From positions 72,849-136,848 of the forward strand of contig CALSCP010000491.1 of NCBI GenBank assembly GCA_943704425.1: a DNA stretch of 64,000 nucleotides. Reading direction: 5' to 3'. The stretch comes from Ministeria vibrans ATCC 50519 (lineage: Eukaryota; Protista; Filasterea). This document shows, piece by piece, positions 40,560-62,744 of this stretch (position 1 is its first letter; each line of letters begins with the position of its first letter). The position numbers were made by a program, and so were the translations under genes. Under the pieces are notes generated by a model that saw only the letters and a program-made list of their open reading frames with translations, did no database searches and had not been told where the DNA came from.

Positions 40560-41497
40560 ATGGAGCCCAGTGCCCCCGCAGGCTCTTCGAATCCGGCTGA
40601 CTCCGAAGATGTGCTGTCCGTGAAGATCATTTGTGTGGGAGACAGCGCAGTGGGCAAGTCCAAGATGCTGGAGCGGTAAGCGATGTTTTTGAACGTCATT
40701 GCAATTTTAACAATTGACATTGATTAGGTTTCTCATGGACGATTATCAACCGCATCAGCTCTCGACGTATGCCCTCACCCTCTTTCAGCACACGACCACC
40801 GTGGACGGGGAAAAGGCAAGCGGGTTGGGTCCGTTGGGGAAGGCTTCATTCCAACATTCCTCTTCCTTTTCTCCCTCCTTCCCCTCTGGCAGGTTCGCGT
40901 TGATTTTTGGGACACGGCAGGGCAAGAGCGCTTCAGCAGCATGCACCCTTCGTATTACCATCAAGCTCACGCGTGCATCTTAGCGTTTGATTGCACTCGA
41001 AAGGTAACTTCGCCGCTTGACTTGTCCCCTTGACAACGCGAGTGTGCGCGCAGATCACATACAAGAACCTTTCAACATGGTTCAGCGAAATGCGCGGCTA
41101 TCGACCCCACATCCCTTGCATCTGCGTTGCAAATAAGATTGACGGTACAATGGGTTGTGGTGTCTGTGAGAGGTCTGTAACAGTCTCACAGTGTTCTTTC
41201 GCAGTCGATTATAGTGTCACGCAAAAACAGTTTCAGTTTGCGAAGAAACATGACATGCCCTTTTACTTTGTATCTGCGTCGGACGGCACGAACATTGTAA
41301 AAGTAATGACTATTGGAAAAGATACCAAGGCAAACATGTCAAAAATTAAGGGGTCTTCTTAGGTGTTTACCAATGCCATTAAGATGGCCGTTGAGTATAA
41401 GAAGCAGAGTCCCGACTTTGTGGATCAAGTCATGGAGCTGCTCTCGACGACGCCCGATGCAGCTGTCAACAAGGAGGTGGAAGACGACGAGAACTAA
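40560..41497 (+). CDS. RABL2: Rab-like GTPase 2; 6 exons, one GC-AG intron
   Basis: KIICVGDSAVGKSK, STYALTLF, DFWDTAGQERFSSMHPSYYHQAHACIL, ITYKNL, ANKID, VSASDGTNIVK; no prenylation motif. Confidence 0.95.
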
Positions 41498-41947
41498 TGT
41501 ATTAATTTTGTTATTATTCAGAAAAATAACACACAGATGAGTGAGACGAGTGTCCTCAAATATCTGTTTGTTTAATACTTCATGTCCATACTTCATGGAC
41601 TATTGACTATTGAGTGACATGGCAGGTGTTTGGCTGTCTGTTAACTCTTTGCGATAAAATGGACCATTGGTGGTCTCAGTGATGTTCCAGTGCCGTTCGT
41701 TCTTTCTTCATCCGAAGGAATAGGACAACCTTCGCACAACACGTCGTCCGTCCTCCCGTGCGCGTTACTGGCCGTCTCTTAGAGTCGTTGTACCCCTTAT
41801 TCCTTTATCCTTATATCTGAGGTGCTTACCGGCCAAGTGGCTCTTCTTTTCTTTGGAAGGCAGATCAAATATAATAATAATATAATATCGATTTTTTTTT
41901 CTTTTTCTTTTTAGTCGATTTCACAACTTCGCCAAATAATTGCTAAA

Positions 41948-43285
41948 ATGGGCCAGTGGAGCACAGGACTCTTCTCGATCTACGATGATCTCACCATCTG
42001 TACGGGGCTTCTCCTTCTCCTTCTCCTTCTTCTTTTTTTTTTTTTTTTTTGCTCTTTTCTTTCGCTGTTCGTTCGTTAGCAACGCACTGTTGCCGTTGCG
42101 CGCACCATCAGCGCCTCACGCAGCCGCCCCAGCCACGGCTGATCGACGACGGCAACGGGTGCACCGGCGCGCACCCCCCCCCCGCCTCCCAGGAAGGCGT
42201 CCGTTGCCCTTGCCGCATGGCCCACGCCTTCAAGTCGCACCAACACACAAAAAAAAAAAAAAAAACCTCCGTTCGCTCCATTCTCCCCCTTGCGCTCCCG
42301 GTTTATTGCCTCAGCCAACTTATATAGCTCTTTACGTATCATCTCCATGGGTCTGTTTTGAATGGTGCCTGTCAATTATTGTCAAGAGAGAGTTTTTTTT
42401 GAAGTTGCTTTGAGCAAAAGCCAGACAGCCGTCGAAAGATCTACAGCGCGCGTGTCACGCTCCCATAAAGTTACCCAAACCGTGTGCTGTCATTGGCATT
42501 TCGATGTGATTGGCACTGCCATTGTCGTTCTTCTTGTTCGTTTTTTTTTTTTTTTTTTGCTTGACAACGGCTTTGGATTTTGACCATAAACGCGCCAGTG
42601 GCTCATGGGGTTTATGGCGGGACACATAGAGGATGGCATGTGTGGCGGTTGGTAGCTGAGTCGGGGTGGGGAACAGGGTGAAACGGGCAACTATTTTATT
42701 TTTACTTGTACTTTTTTCTCTCTCACCAACTCCTTCCATTCTGTTGTCTGTTGGCTGCAATGCAATGCTTTTATGTGTGTGTGTGTGTTTCTCTCAACAC
42801 TTTCACATTTCCACTTACTCCTCGTTTTCTCTCTTTTTTTTCTCTGCTTTTTCTCCCCAGACATTTTCGGCCACTCTGGGCAGTGCCTTGCAGTGACCAA
42901 CAGCGTCATCGTCGGCGAGGGCAAGGCGGCGTTCGGTATTGACTCGGCCAAGGTTGCGGGCCCCTGCGGCTGCATTGGCTGCATTGGTAACGACGCGGCT
43001 GTCTGCATCAACGGCTGCCTCTTCGGCATTTTCCCCTGTGTCTACGTCTGCTGGCGCGCTGACTCGCGAAAGAAGTTCGACGTCGAGGTAAAGATATTCC
43101 GAGTCATGCACGAAAAGAATTGGAGATCATTCGGTGCTTGTGTTGTGACTGTGTAGGGTGGCATGTTTGGCGACATCATTGCCTGTCTTTGCTGCTTCTC
43201 TTGCGCTGCATGCCAGGAGGCGCGCGAGATCAAGAGCCGTGGTCTCGGCTACTCCGCTGCTGGTGGCTCGTCCATGTCCAAGTAA
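41948..43285 (+). CDS. PLAC8-family Cys-rich protein; 3 exons
   Basis: QWSTGLFSIYDD, CWRADSRKKFDVE|GGMFGDIIACLCCFSCAACQEAREIK. Confidence 0.88.
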
Positions 43286-43733
43286 ACGAAATGTTTGGTT
43301 TTTGTTTTGAATTTTTGTTTAGTATTTGTTTGGAAAAAGAGCAAAGAAGATGGAGTTTAGTGCGCAGTACGACAGTAGGACGCAAGTAGATAGGGTAGAT
43401 TTATTTAGTAGCGGGGCCTGGTTTGGGTCATTTTAAATGGTTGTATTATTTGATTGGTTGCAAGAAGAGAATAATAAATTATATTAACAAAAGAAACTGA
43501 ACTCATCTCTGATTGGGTACTATAACATATTAGAACTCATTTAGAAGAAGAACACAACACATTTATCAATGATGCAATCACCTTATTCACCGGAGACTCA
43601 CTACGCAAAAACATTTTTGCTTACAAAATCACATTCGAAAAATTTCTTTTTCTTTATTATTTATTTGCTGTCTTTCCTCTGACCTCTGACCTCTGTCTCG
43701 AGGCCTTTGATCTTCTAGTACTCTCCTTTCACG

Positions 43734-45157
43734 ATGATCGGCGCACCTCCGCTCTCGTTGAAGCATCTCAATGTAGCTATCGTTAATATCTCTCCTTTGT
43801 TCAACTCCAAGTGGGCCGTCAACGCCCCAAACACCTCTCTTTCTCACTCATGTGACCCTTAATCTCCTGATTGCCACCACAACTACGAGTCTATGACGTT
43901 TTTTTTTCGAGTGAAAAGTTCCCATTTCAACCTTGACTTACTCTCTCTCACTCTCGCCTCTCTCTCTCTGTGATTTCCAGCCATACCTGCAGCGTGCAGA
44001 TGAAATACAGCGAAAAGACCCCATCACAGCGTACTGGTGTAAGGGCAAACTGCTTTGGGTCGTCGGGTCGACATTAATTCGTCGTCTCACTCCCATTCAC
44101 TGTCCACTCAGGTCGATACTACGCAGCACAGCTCGGAATCAAGGCACGCGAGTCCAACAAGGGCGACAATGGACTTCTCATGTTCCTGCTCGGCCTCATG
44201 GACCATCTGGAGCAGGTAACAGCCTTCTTTAGTATGTTCGTCGTTTCATTGTGCTTTGTCTCAGGAGAAAAAGTCTTTGGAGAGCCTGGACGCCATTAAC
44301 AACGACCTTGTGGCATCGGCTCACGTCGAAGACTTTGCCATGAAGCTGTTCAACTTTGCCGACAACGAAGATCGTGCGGGGCGATGCACAAAGAAAACCG
44401 TTCGAGCGTTCTTTGCCGCTTCCAATCTACTGGAAGTTTTGAAAACTTTCAATGAGGAACTTGACGAAGACGTAAGCCAGATTGAATGATGGATTGATTG
44501 AGAGAGTGCGTGCGGTTCTTATGGGGAGGCATTTTTTTCGTTTTGGTATTTTCAGATTGCGGAAAAACTGAAGTACGCAAAGTACAAAGCAATTTACATT
44601 ACGAAATGCCTTCGAGACGGAGTCGAACCTGTTCCCGGACCGCCTTGTAAGCGAAAACCAATGAGTGAAGAGGAAAGGACTGATAATGACTGTTGTAAAT
44701 AGACAGTGAAGAGAACGCTGAGGGAGACGACGAGGACGGAATGGAACGGAATGATACATACGAAACAGACGGAGCATCAACAGCACCACCAGCAAGTAGC
44801 ATGGACGACCAGTACCCCGCCACCACCACCACCACCACGACGACGACCACCACCGATCCCATTCCCTACACCCAGCCGCCTGCCTACAACCCCCCACCCT
44901 CCATCACTCTTCCGTCCCCTCCCCCATCCACCCCTCCTCAAACTCAACCGCAACATCAGAAACAGCCCTTCTCGTACTCCCAACCCCCTTTCCCTACCAC
45001 CGCTCCCACCTCTATTCCTCCCACTGACATCAGTGTCTTCCCTAAAATCCAGAAGCTCTGCAAACAAGCGGGCTCTGCTCTGGACTATGATGATGTTCCC
45101 ACGGCCATCGCACAGCTCAAGCAGGCGCTCTCAATGCTCACTGGCGAGCAGTACTAA
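43734..45157 (+). CDS. VTA1: VTA1/LIP5 (Vps4 activator, ESCRT); multi-exon
   Basis: PYLQRADEI..DPITAYWC, FAMKLFNFADNEDRAG, KYAKYKAIYI, VSL domain QKLCKQAGSALDYDDVPTAI. Confidence 0.93.
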
Positions 45158-45352
45158 TCGTACACCTTCCATTTTGTTGTTTGTTTTACATATACATTTC
45201 TATACAGCGAGACGAGACATTGAGACAATGACTGACCGAGTGAGTGAATCAGTGACACATTGAGTGAGTGAGTTGCACATTGAGTGAGTGAGTCAGTGAC
45301 ACGATGGGAGACGCAATAATGAGTGGACCAGTGTCTCAGTGAAAGGACTAAG

Positions 45353-47535
45353 TCAGTGTGCTTTGCTGTTCTGGGTAATGAGGCGCACAAAGTGAGTGAG
45401 CCGTCTGACGAGTGACGCAATGGCCTTCTGCGCAAGCAAATGAGCTGCACCGCGAAACCGAATGGCACAGCCGGCCAAGAAGAACGAGACATAGAGAAAG
45501 TGCGAAAGAGGAGAGTTAAGAAAGTGTAGGTCACGAGTGCCCCGGAATAAGTCAAAGCGGGTCAGACCTAAAGAGTAAGAAAAAGAGAGGAGAAAAAAAA
45601 AACAGTGAGAAAGAGAGAGAAAGGATAAACACAAAAAAATGATAACGCACGTTATTTGACTGGTGATGCATCACACAGAATGATCACGTTAGATGATGAT
45701 AATGAAATAATAGGCACAACAGAGTACATCAAAAGACATAAACGTATAATGATGATGTTTGAATTGTACCGAGAAAGTGAGCAACAACGGGAAGAGCGGC
45801 CGAGAGAACGACAAGCAGAGCCGAGTGGGCAATAAGTTGGTGGAGGGACTGGCGTTGAGAACGGGGACGGAGAGCACGAAAGGAGGGAGTATGATAGACG
45901 CCAATGAGGGTGGCGACGGTGAAGTACCTAAATGGGGGAGGATGAGTGTGTGTGTGTGATGGTATGACAATGAGGATGCGCGTAGTGTGTGGAAAATGGG
46001 ATATCAGCGCGTCAGTATAAGTGAATGGGAAAGAGCAAAATCGAGAAAGGAAGCAATAAATTAATACGGTGGCAGAAGAAACGGAACGTAGTATGTCGTA
46101 TTCATACAAGACAAAACATGTGATTATTTGTGCTTACAGAATGAGAGAGATCTCGAGAAAGAGTTTGAAGTTGAGCAAAAGTGTAAACTGAGGCACAAAC
46201 TGAACGAGGTTGGGATCGAAAGTGACAAAGGAAAGCGAATCAGCCAACGAGGAGAGCGAAAGAGCCAGGGAGGAGAAAACGAGAGTCAACGCGAAGAGAG
46301 AGAAGAGCGAAATGTTGAGAAGGAACAGCAAAAGGGTGAAGAGCTGATAGGGCCAGTTTGATTGCTACAAAACAAAGAACGGTTAGTTGCTCGAGCGGAG
46401 GTGTTTGTTTTGTTTTGTGTGTGTACTTTTTTGAGTTGGTTATCGCGAAGAAGCTGAAGATGATTGACTGAGCGAGAGAGAGAAGAGAGGGAAGAGAGAG
46501 GAGGAGAGGATGGAGAGGATGGAGAGGATGGAGAGGAANNNNNNNATGGAGAGGATGGAGAGGATGGAGAGGATGGAGAGGAAGGGGAATCAACAACACC
46601 GTCGTCGTCATCATCAAGAGGATCAAGTGAGGAAGCTGATCGGCTGAACTGTCTGTGAGGAGAAGTCTCTTGTTCTTGTTGTTGGTGTTGATGTTGTAGT
46701 TGCGCTTGTGTGAATTCTCGTTGTGCCTGGTCTAATTGCAATTGAGCGTAGTCTAGCGCTGCTTGGCTGCGTCGTACGGTGCCCTTTGCTAGAGCAGATG
46801 CACTCCATGTGAGCATTGTGACCATTCCAAGTGGTGTGAGTCCTTTGAAGAAACATGGCGTCGTGTCATGAAGGACGTACAAGTGCATCTCTCTTTACCT
46901 AACACTAACACCGCGCCAGTCAGGGCCACATAGGAGAAAAGAACAGGAGAGACAGAGCCTCTGACAACCCAAGTGATGTCCCACGAGGACGAGGAGGCGC
47001 CAAAGAGCAGCTGAAGGACAAAGGTGAAGCCCGCAAGCAAGACGCCCAGCAGCCCCAGCACCGCGGTCGTCTCGTAGATGCGCCCTCGCAGCCCCGTGCG
47101 TGTGTTTGAAAAGCCTTCAGCTTCGGTAAAGAAGTAAGCAAACGGAATGCCTGTCGGGAGAAAGAGAGAGGGAGGGAGAGAGGAGGAGAGTAGAGAGGGC
47201 GTTTGGTGAGCATGGCGCGCAACAAAGAACCGCCCACAGCGCATACACAAGTAGACGGCAATGTCCACCAGGAGAAACAGGTGGCTCCACACGCGGGCTA
47301 GAATCGCGGACGAGCCTCCGCCGGCGACGACACAGCCGCCGGCCAGGAGAGCGAGCACAGTCGACGTGGCGATCGACAGCGACACGGCCGACAGGACGAA
47401 GCCCACCACGGGCGCGTCAGCCTCGTCTGCTCTCCTCCAGCGCAACACCAGCGCATATGCGATCGAGGTCAGTATTAATTGCGACAGTGCCGTGACAACG
47501 AGCGCGCGGATGCCGTCGTGGAAGTCAGCCGACAT
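45353..47535 (-). CDS. LMBR1/LMBR1L-like multi-pass membrane protein; multi-exon
   Basis: IPFAYFFTEAEGF...RGRIYET, LGLTRFDL near the C-terminus, many TM segments, (SSP)n loop spanning an N gap. Confidence 0.85.
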
Positions 47536-47825
47536 GAAAATTAACAATGTTTGAGTCTTGACTCTTGACTATTCGACATTTCGACTGAGTCAATTTCACA
47601 AGTCATCAACTCAATGATTATGGCTCAATTGCTTGGTTGTGGATCGATTTGAGCATTAATTCATAATTGAGCCTCTACCTTTAATATTTGCTGCTTGTGA
47701 GTTTATCGTCTGTGGCGAGTGTAGCGCATGCATTGCGTATTCCCGAAACATATGAATTATCACAAGTTTTAATCATTCAATTAAATCAATGATCAATTGT
47801 CTAATATTAATTATTTTTGCTACTC

Positions 47826-48242
47826 ATGGTCATCGTCAAGGTTACGCTGGGAAACGAAACACGCTTGATTCGCGTCGGACCAAAGCCCGAGCTGATTGAT
47901 CTCTTTGAAAAGTGTCTCAGCGTTCACGAACTCCCCAAAGCTCCACCCACGGCAAAGATCGTCCTTCGCTGCCTCGACGCCGACAATGATGTCGTCTCCA
48001 TCGTCGACGGGAAGCAGCTCGACATATTAATGCAAACTTTACCTGAGGTATGAAATTGAAAATTCAAACCTGGCGCTGTTTTGGCGGACGGCAATGCGCT
48101 TCAACACGACCCTTCCGTGCGTCTCATTGTGGCGCTCATTGGCCGTGTGAAGTGTTCGGACAGGAGCGGGTCTGCTTTCTTTTGACTACAACTCATCCAC
48201 AAAAGAAACGCTCCGAGTTTTTTTCCTTTTTTTTTTTGAAAT

Positions 48243-48273
<31 letters not shown>

Positions 48274-48943
48274 TTGTCAGGGACGACAATTGCGGGTGCT
48301 CCTCGACGACAAAGCAGTGACAGCGGTGGCATCCGGGATGTCCAACACCCCCGATGGGACGCCGAAGCGGCTGGGCGACCGAGACTTCGCCTTTGACGCA
48401 CACGACAAGGACAGCTTCGCCAAAACAATGGCTCAACTCCCTCCGACCGCCCGCCAGTTGTTTCGCGACCGAAGCGCCGGCGCGAAGAAGAAGGAGACGG
48501 ACATCATTCAGGTGCTGCACGACATCCACGAGTACATTTGCGCGCAGGACGACGGAAGCAACGCGGCCATTAGTGCGCGCGTACGACGCGAAAGAACACT
48601 GCTCACGCCCAACACCATTGGAGCCGCCGCAGCGGCAGCCGCAACCACAGCATCAACAGCGTTATCAACAGAGGCGATTCCAACTGTGGATGCGGAAGGG
48701 CAAGAGGTAACTGCAGGCCTGGATCTAACGACTGTGCGATCATGGAATGTCTCGCAAGTGCTCAATTGGCTGAGCGCAACGGAACTGACGGAGCACAGTG
48801 AGACGTTTGAGACAAACGATATTTCAGGAGATGTGCTGTTGGATCTCGATCACGACACGTTGGCGTCAATGGGCATTTCAAGCGCAGGAAAACGACTGAG
48901 AGTGCTACGGGCGATTGGGTCACTCAAACCTTTCGCACTCTAA
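47826..48943 (+). CDS. PB1 + SAM domain protein; 2 exons
   Basis: PB1 VIVKV...ETRLI...CLDADNDVVSI; SAM WNVSQVLNWL...FETNDISGDVLLDL...LASMGISSAGKRLRVLRAI. Confidence 0.85.
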
Positions 48944-48998
48944 ACAATTTGTGTCTTGTGTGTTTGCGTGTGTGTGTGTGTACAAAGTTAAAATAATA

Positions 48999-50481
48999 TT
49001 ATTTGAGGCGATGAGCAAAGGGAATGCCAATGGCATTGGCCATAAGGACAAAGGGCTTGACCAGGGCCATGGGACACTCGGCGCTGACACAGGCACCAAC
49101 AGCCGTGGACACAATGGGCTGTGCGATCGGATGGGACGCAGAGTGGAGGATGGACTGTGTGGGGTCTGCGAGAGACTGCGTGAGTCCCAGGGAGGGATCG
49201 TCATGTCCGCTGTGCAGAATGATGTGTGTGCGTTGGCGCACGAGTGTCGCTTTGAGCCCACTGATGACCTCGGAACGGCTGTGCAACACAAGAGAAAAAA
49301 ATGGTCCTGTTTAGTAGGTGCGTCACACACTTTTTTCTCAATGGCAATGACAGGGTCGTTTGTCATTGTGTGCGTGTGTGTGGTTGAGAGTTTTTGCATC
49401 ATAATGAGTCATGGTGTGTCGTTTGTGATGGCGTTTAGATGTGGGTCAGTTGCCGTAGACATTGCGTGTGTCTCGTGGTGAGTCATTAAGTGTGTGTCTC
49501 GTTGTGTTGCAAGTGTTACTTGAGAAATGATCTCCAGTAGAGAATAAGATTGGCAAATGGGAAGTGTGTGTTTCCGTAGGCGCTTCGCATTTGCTGCACT
49601 GCATCGCTGTTGCGCTCATACGATTCCTACCAGAGGAGTGAACGTGATTGGATTGTGAGCGTTTGCGTGTTTGTGTACTGGTGAGAATAGTCTGAAGAGC
49701 AGATCTTCTTGTAGTGCGGGTGACATGCCCGCCAGTGCGAATCGCCTAAAGACCATTTGCGCCCCAATCCACTCACTCCACGATGCTCTAAAACCCATTC
49801 GTGTCACATGTCACTTCTGTTACGGTCGTGTCGGTTACGTTTGGAGGACACAGCAATTGAGATACATTGCGAGCACTCGTCGCTCCTTCTCCGTTGCAAC
49901 CAGCACCCGACACATCACATTGGCACCCGCTCCCGAGCCCATCAGAATCGCCCGAGGAATAGAAAGCGCATCCATCACTGTGATGACTATTTGTGCCATT
50001 TCGTCGAGGGTGGGGTATCTGCATGGGGGCGCACACACACAAGGGTTGGATGAGTGGGGGTGAGTGAGATCAAAGCGTGCCTGTCCATTGGCGCTGCACC
50101 CATTTCGTGCCCCGGCGCGTCAATGTGAACAAAGTAGAAGGTGTCGAGGAAGCCGTTGAAGGAGTCGGGGGCGTCGATGGAGGGGTAGGCGGCACAGGCA
50201 CTGCTCACAAAGGAGCTCCACACATCGGCATGCGACAAAACACCGACGCCGTGCAGAGTGACAACGGGCACGAGGTTGTCCGTGCTTTTCTTTGAGAGTA
50301 CCCGCCACACCGTGACTGGGCCATAGTCCGTCGAGACAGTCATGCGTTCCTAGGCGGGAAGCGCAGGTGAGTGTGCGTTGCGCATTGTCTTGGCCCGTCG
50401 CACCTCTTCGACGTGCTGTTGTGCGGGAGACGACGATTCAACCACAACAGCGCCCAGGGGCACTTCGGTGAGCGGCTCCAT
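48999..50481 (-). CDS. NDRG/Ndr-family alpha/beta-hydrolase-fold protein; multi-exon
   Basis: STDYGPVTV, VTLHGVG, VHIDAPGHEMGA, YPTLDEMA, GSGAGANV (Gly at the nucleophile position, as in NDRG). Confidence 0.85.
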
Positions 50482-50878
50482 GCGGGTGGTGGTGAGGGAG
50501 AGGAAGGCAAAATAAACAAATTGTTGTATGAAATATAACTCAAATCTCAAATATTCTCAATTTTTTATTGCCTTCTTCTACCCGGTTTCATTGGGGACGT
50601 GTCCTTATTGTGTTTGCCACGGCCTCGGCGGTAAAAAAAAATCGATTTGTAACAGATTTTTTTTATTTTCTTTCTTTCACTTTCTTTTCTCACACAAATC
50701 AGCCATTAGTGAGCACAAACAGCGGCACAGCCTTGAGTCCGTCTCTCAGTACATTGATTGGGCAGGTGAGGACGGGAGAGGCTCTGGCTGTTGTTCTCGT
50801 CTGTTCGATAATGTTTTGTGCATTGCATTTGTGCTCATCTCGTCTTTGCTCAGGAGCGGGAGAGAACCGCTGGTGCCA

Positions 50879-55102
<4,224 letters not shown>

Positions 55103-55139
55103 AAAGTCATTGTGTGTGTATTGTTTGAATATGAGCTTG

Positions 55140-59004
<3,865 letters not shown>

Positions 59005-59234
59005 GTTTGTGAGGGGACGAAAAGAGCGAAAGATAGTCACGGGATAGTTACCGGGAGTCGTAGCGATCGCGCGAATCGTAGCGATCGCGCGAATACGAAT
59101 CGTGGTCACGTGAAGAGCTGTAGGACATCGATCAGATGGGGTGTTGATCAGAGAGACAGAGAGAGAGAGACAGAGTCAAAAATCAGAAAAAAATTCTATT
59201 CATTTTTATTTTCGCTAAGGCGTCTGTGTGCGGC

Positions 59235-60211
<977 letters not shown>

Positions 60212-60274
60212 AACACATACACGACACACGCACACTCAAAATGTAAATATTGTATGAGTGAGGTGTTTCTTTTT

Positions 60275-61188
60275 TCACCATTCTTCAATGGAATGATCAG
60301 ACGCATTTCCGTTGTCGTCCGAGTCAAAGTGCAAAATGTCCTCTTGAATCTCCTCCGAATGCTCGCTCTGACCACTCTGACTGTTCCCACTGCTCTCGTC
60401 CCATCCGCTCTCTTTTTCCGGGTTGAATTCCACCTGTCGGTCGTATTCAAAGGCACTGCTGCTCTGGCTGATCTTGTTCGCATTGAACAGTTTGTCCATT
60501 TCCTGTTTTCTTCGCGCCAATTGTGCGTCACTCAATGCGTTTAAATTCTCCTCTTCCTCCTCTTCTTCTTCTTCGAGAGAGGTGTCTTCGCCAGACGTGT
60601 CTCCTTCCTCATCACCTCTCTCGTCCTGCTGTTGCTGTTGTTCCTTTCGGAGTGGACCATCGTCGCTGTCGCTGTGGAGCAGGTCGTCTAGGTCGTCAAG
60701 GTCGTTCCACTTGGTCGCTGTGTTCTCGCTGATACGCGGTGCGCGTCTCACTGACACTGAGCTGGGCGGTGGAACCGAAAGCGCAAGAGACTGCGCATGC
60801 AAGCGTGCTCTTACATGTTCGGCAATCTTTCGGACCATTCGTTCAACCTAAGAGAAGAGGAAGCGGTGGAATGAGAGAGGATCGTCCATCACATATTTGG
60901 GGTGTGGTGAGACCTGCTGGCGAGGGATGCGTTCAAGGTACTCTTCGTGTGACTTGTACAGGTCGGAAATGGCACCGTCAATGTCTGAAGGCAGTTGGGA
61001 GTGGCGCAGGCGACGCAGAGGGATAGAGCGGCGCCGTCTTTTGCCTTGAGTAAGAAACAACACACATTTCAAAATTATTATCAAACTATGCCAAAGTGGA
61101 GCCAAAGTTTCGCACCTTTTTGGATATATTCAATTGAAAGACATGGCGGAGAAATGGTAGCGCCGAGTCGTCTAGCAACGAGAGACAT
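60275..61188 (-). CDS. CEP19: Centrosomal protein CEP19-like; 3 exons
   Basis: N-terminal RRLGATISPPCLSIEY|GKRRRRSIPLR; C-terminal NLNALSDAQLARRKQEMDKLFNANKI...FEYDRQVEF...SGWD. Confidence 0.8.
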
Positions 61189-61308
61189 AAAAAAGGAAAG
61201 AGAGAGAATAAAAAATTGAACTTGTGGTTTCATTGATGAGATTGATTGATTGATGGTTTAAATTTTTTGAGAAAGGTTGACCGACTGAGGTCTTAGAGTG
61301 TAATAGTG

Positions 61309-61342
61309 AGTACTTCGTACTTCGTACGAAGTACGAAGTACT
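61309..61342. repeat. Perfect 34-bp palindrome
   Basis: AGTACTTCGTACTTCGT|ACGAAGTACGAAGTACT, immediately before the N gap at 61348-61521. Confidence 0.9.
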
Positions 61343-61695
61343 GAGGTNNNNNNNNNNNNNNNNNNNNNNNNNNNNNNNNNNNNNNNNNNNNNNNNNNNNN
61401 NNNNNNNNNNNNNNNNNNNNNNNNNNNNNNNNNNNNNNNNNNNNNNNNNNNNNNNNNNNNNNNNNNNNNNNNNNNNNNNNNNNNNNNNNNNNNNNNNNNN
61501 NNNNNNNNNNNNNNNNNNNNNACCCGTACTGAGTAGCGATATCAGATATATGATTACTCACTGATTAGTGAAGAGGTTTCTGTCACTTACTGATCACTCA
61601 GGGTAGAGAATACATTCAAAGAAAGACAATGATTAAGATCTGATTGTGTAGCATTTTCATTGTACACATAACTTTAAAATTTGGTAGTGTACTAT

Positions 61696-62744
61696 TCACA
61701 GGAGATGGAGAAAGGGCAACTCACTGGGGCGACGATTGGCGCGGACAGCAATGCGACAGCGATGGTAGAGGGTGTACCAGCGAGGGTGGGCGAGGAGGGC
61801 CAAGACGGCTGTGCGCGCATTGGGTTCGGCAATGGTCAGCGCTGTGTTGCCGTGGTTGTTGCGCGCGAGTGGGTTTGCATCGTGCTCCAACAGATGTCGA
61901 AGTCTGTTGTTTAGTGTGGGTTAAAAAGAGGAAAAGAGAGAGAGAGAGACAAAAAAAAAGAAAGAATAAGAAAAAGAATTACAGTGAGAGAGAGTGAATG
62001 AAAGAAAGAATAATACAGAGAAAGAAAGAAACAAAGAAAGAAGCAAAGAAAGAAACAATAGTCATGTTACCCTTCGATGCAGGAGGTGGCTGCTGCCGAG
62101 TGTAAGGGTGTCCAGCCCTTCTTGTCGGCATAGTTGACGTCCGCGTTGTGTGCGAGGAGTAAGGGGATGATGTCTGCTTTGCCGTACCAGGCTGCACTGT
62201 GGAGTGGGACGATCCCAGATGGGGTTTCCTTGTTGGCATCCGCTCCAAGTTCAAGCAGCATTTTTACAGCACTACACATCACATAAAAAATAATACAATC
62301 ATTACATAAAATGCTCAGCACTTTGCAACTTACTCGTAATGACCATTCGCAGAGGCATCGTGGAGCGGGGTGCGGCCCTGTGTGGGAGAGTGATTAGAGG
62401 CGGCAGACAATGAAAAGGAGACGTACATCGTAATTCACACCGTTGACGTCCGCCCCGCCACTCACGACGAGCTCCTTGATGATCTCCGCATGGCCATACC
62501 TCCCAGCAGTGTAGAGGAGTGGGTAGCGAAAGCCGTCTTGTGCCCCTTTGTCTGTTTGTTGCAGCAGCGTTCGTATTTCTGAGCCTGCACAACATATGAT
62601 TGCGATTTGCGTCTCATTCCATTTAAGAGGCTCCGTACCGTGTTCACCACTAAGATGCAAGCGAACCTCCGCTAGATCGCCTCGCAGCACTGCACTCTCC
62701 AGCACAGCGAAATTTGAAGCAGAGGTGACATTTTCCATTTGCAT
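61696..62744 (-). CDS. Ankyrin-repeat protein with C-terminal SOCS/BC-box-like motif; multi-exon
   Basis: YPLLYTAGRYGHAEIIKELV, PLHSAAWYGKADII, GWTPLHSAA, GNTALTIA; terminal TLYHRCRIAVRAN..ELPFL. Confidence 0.85.
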
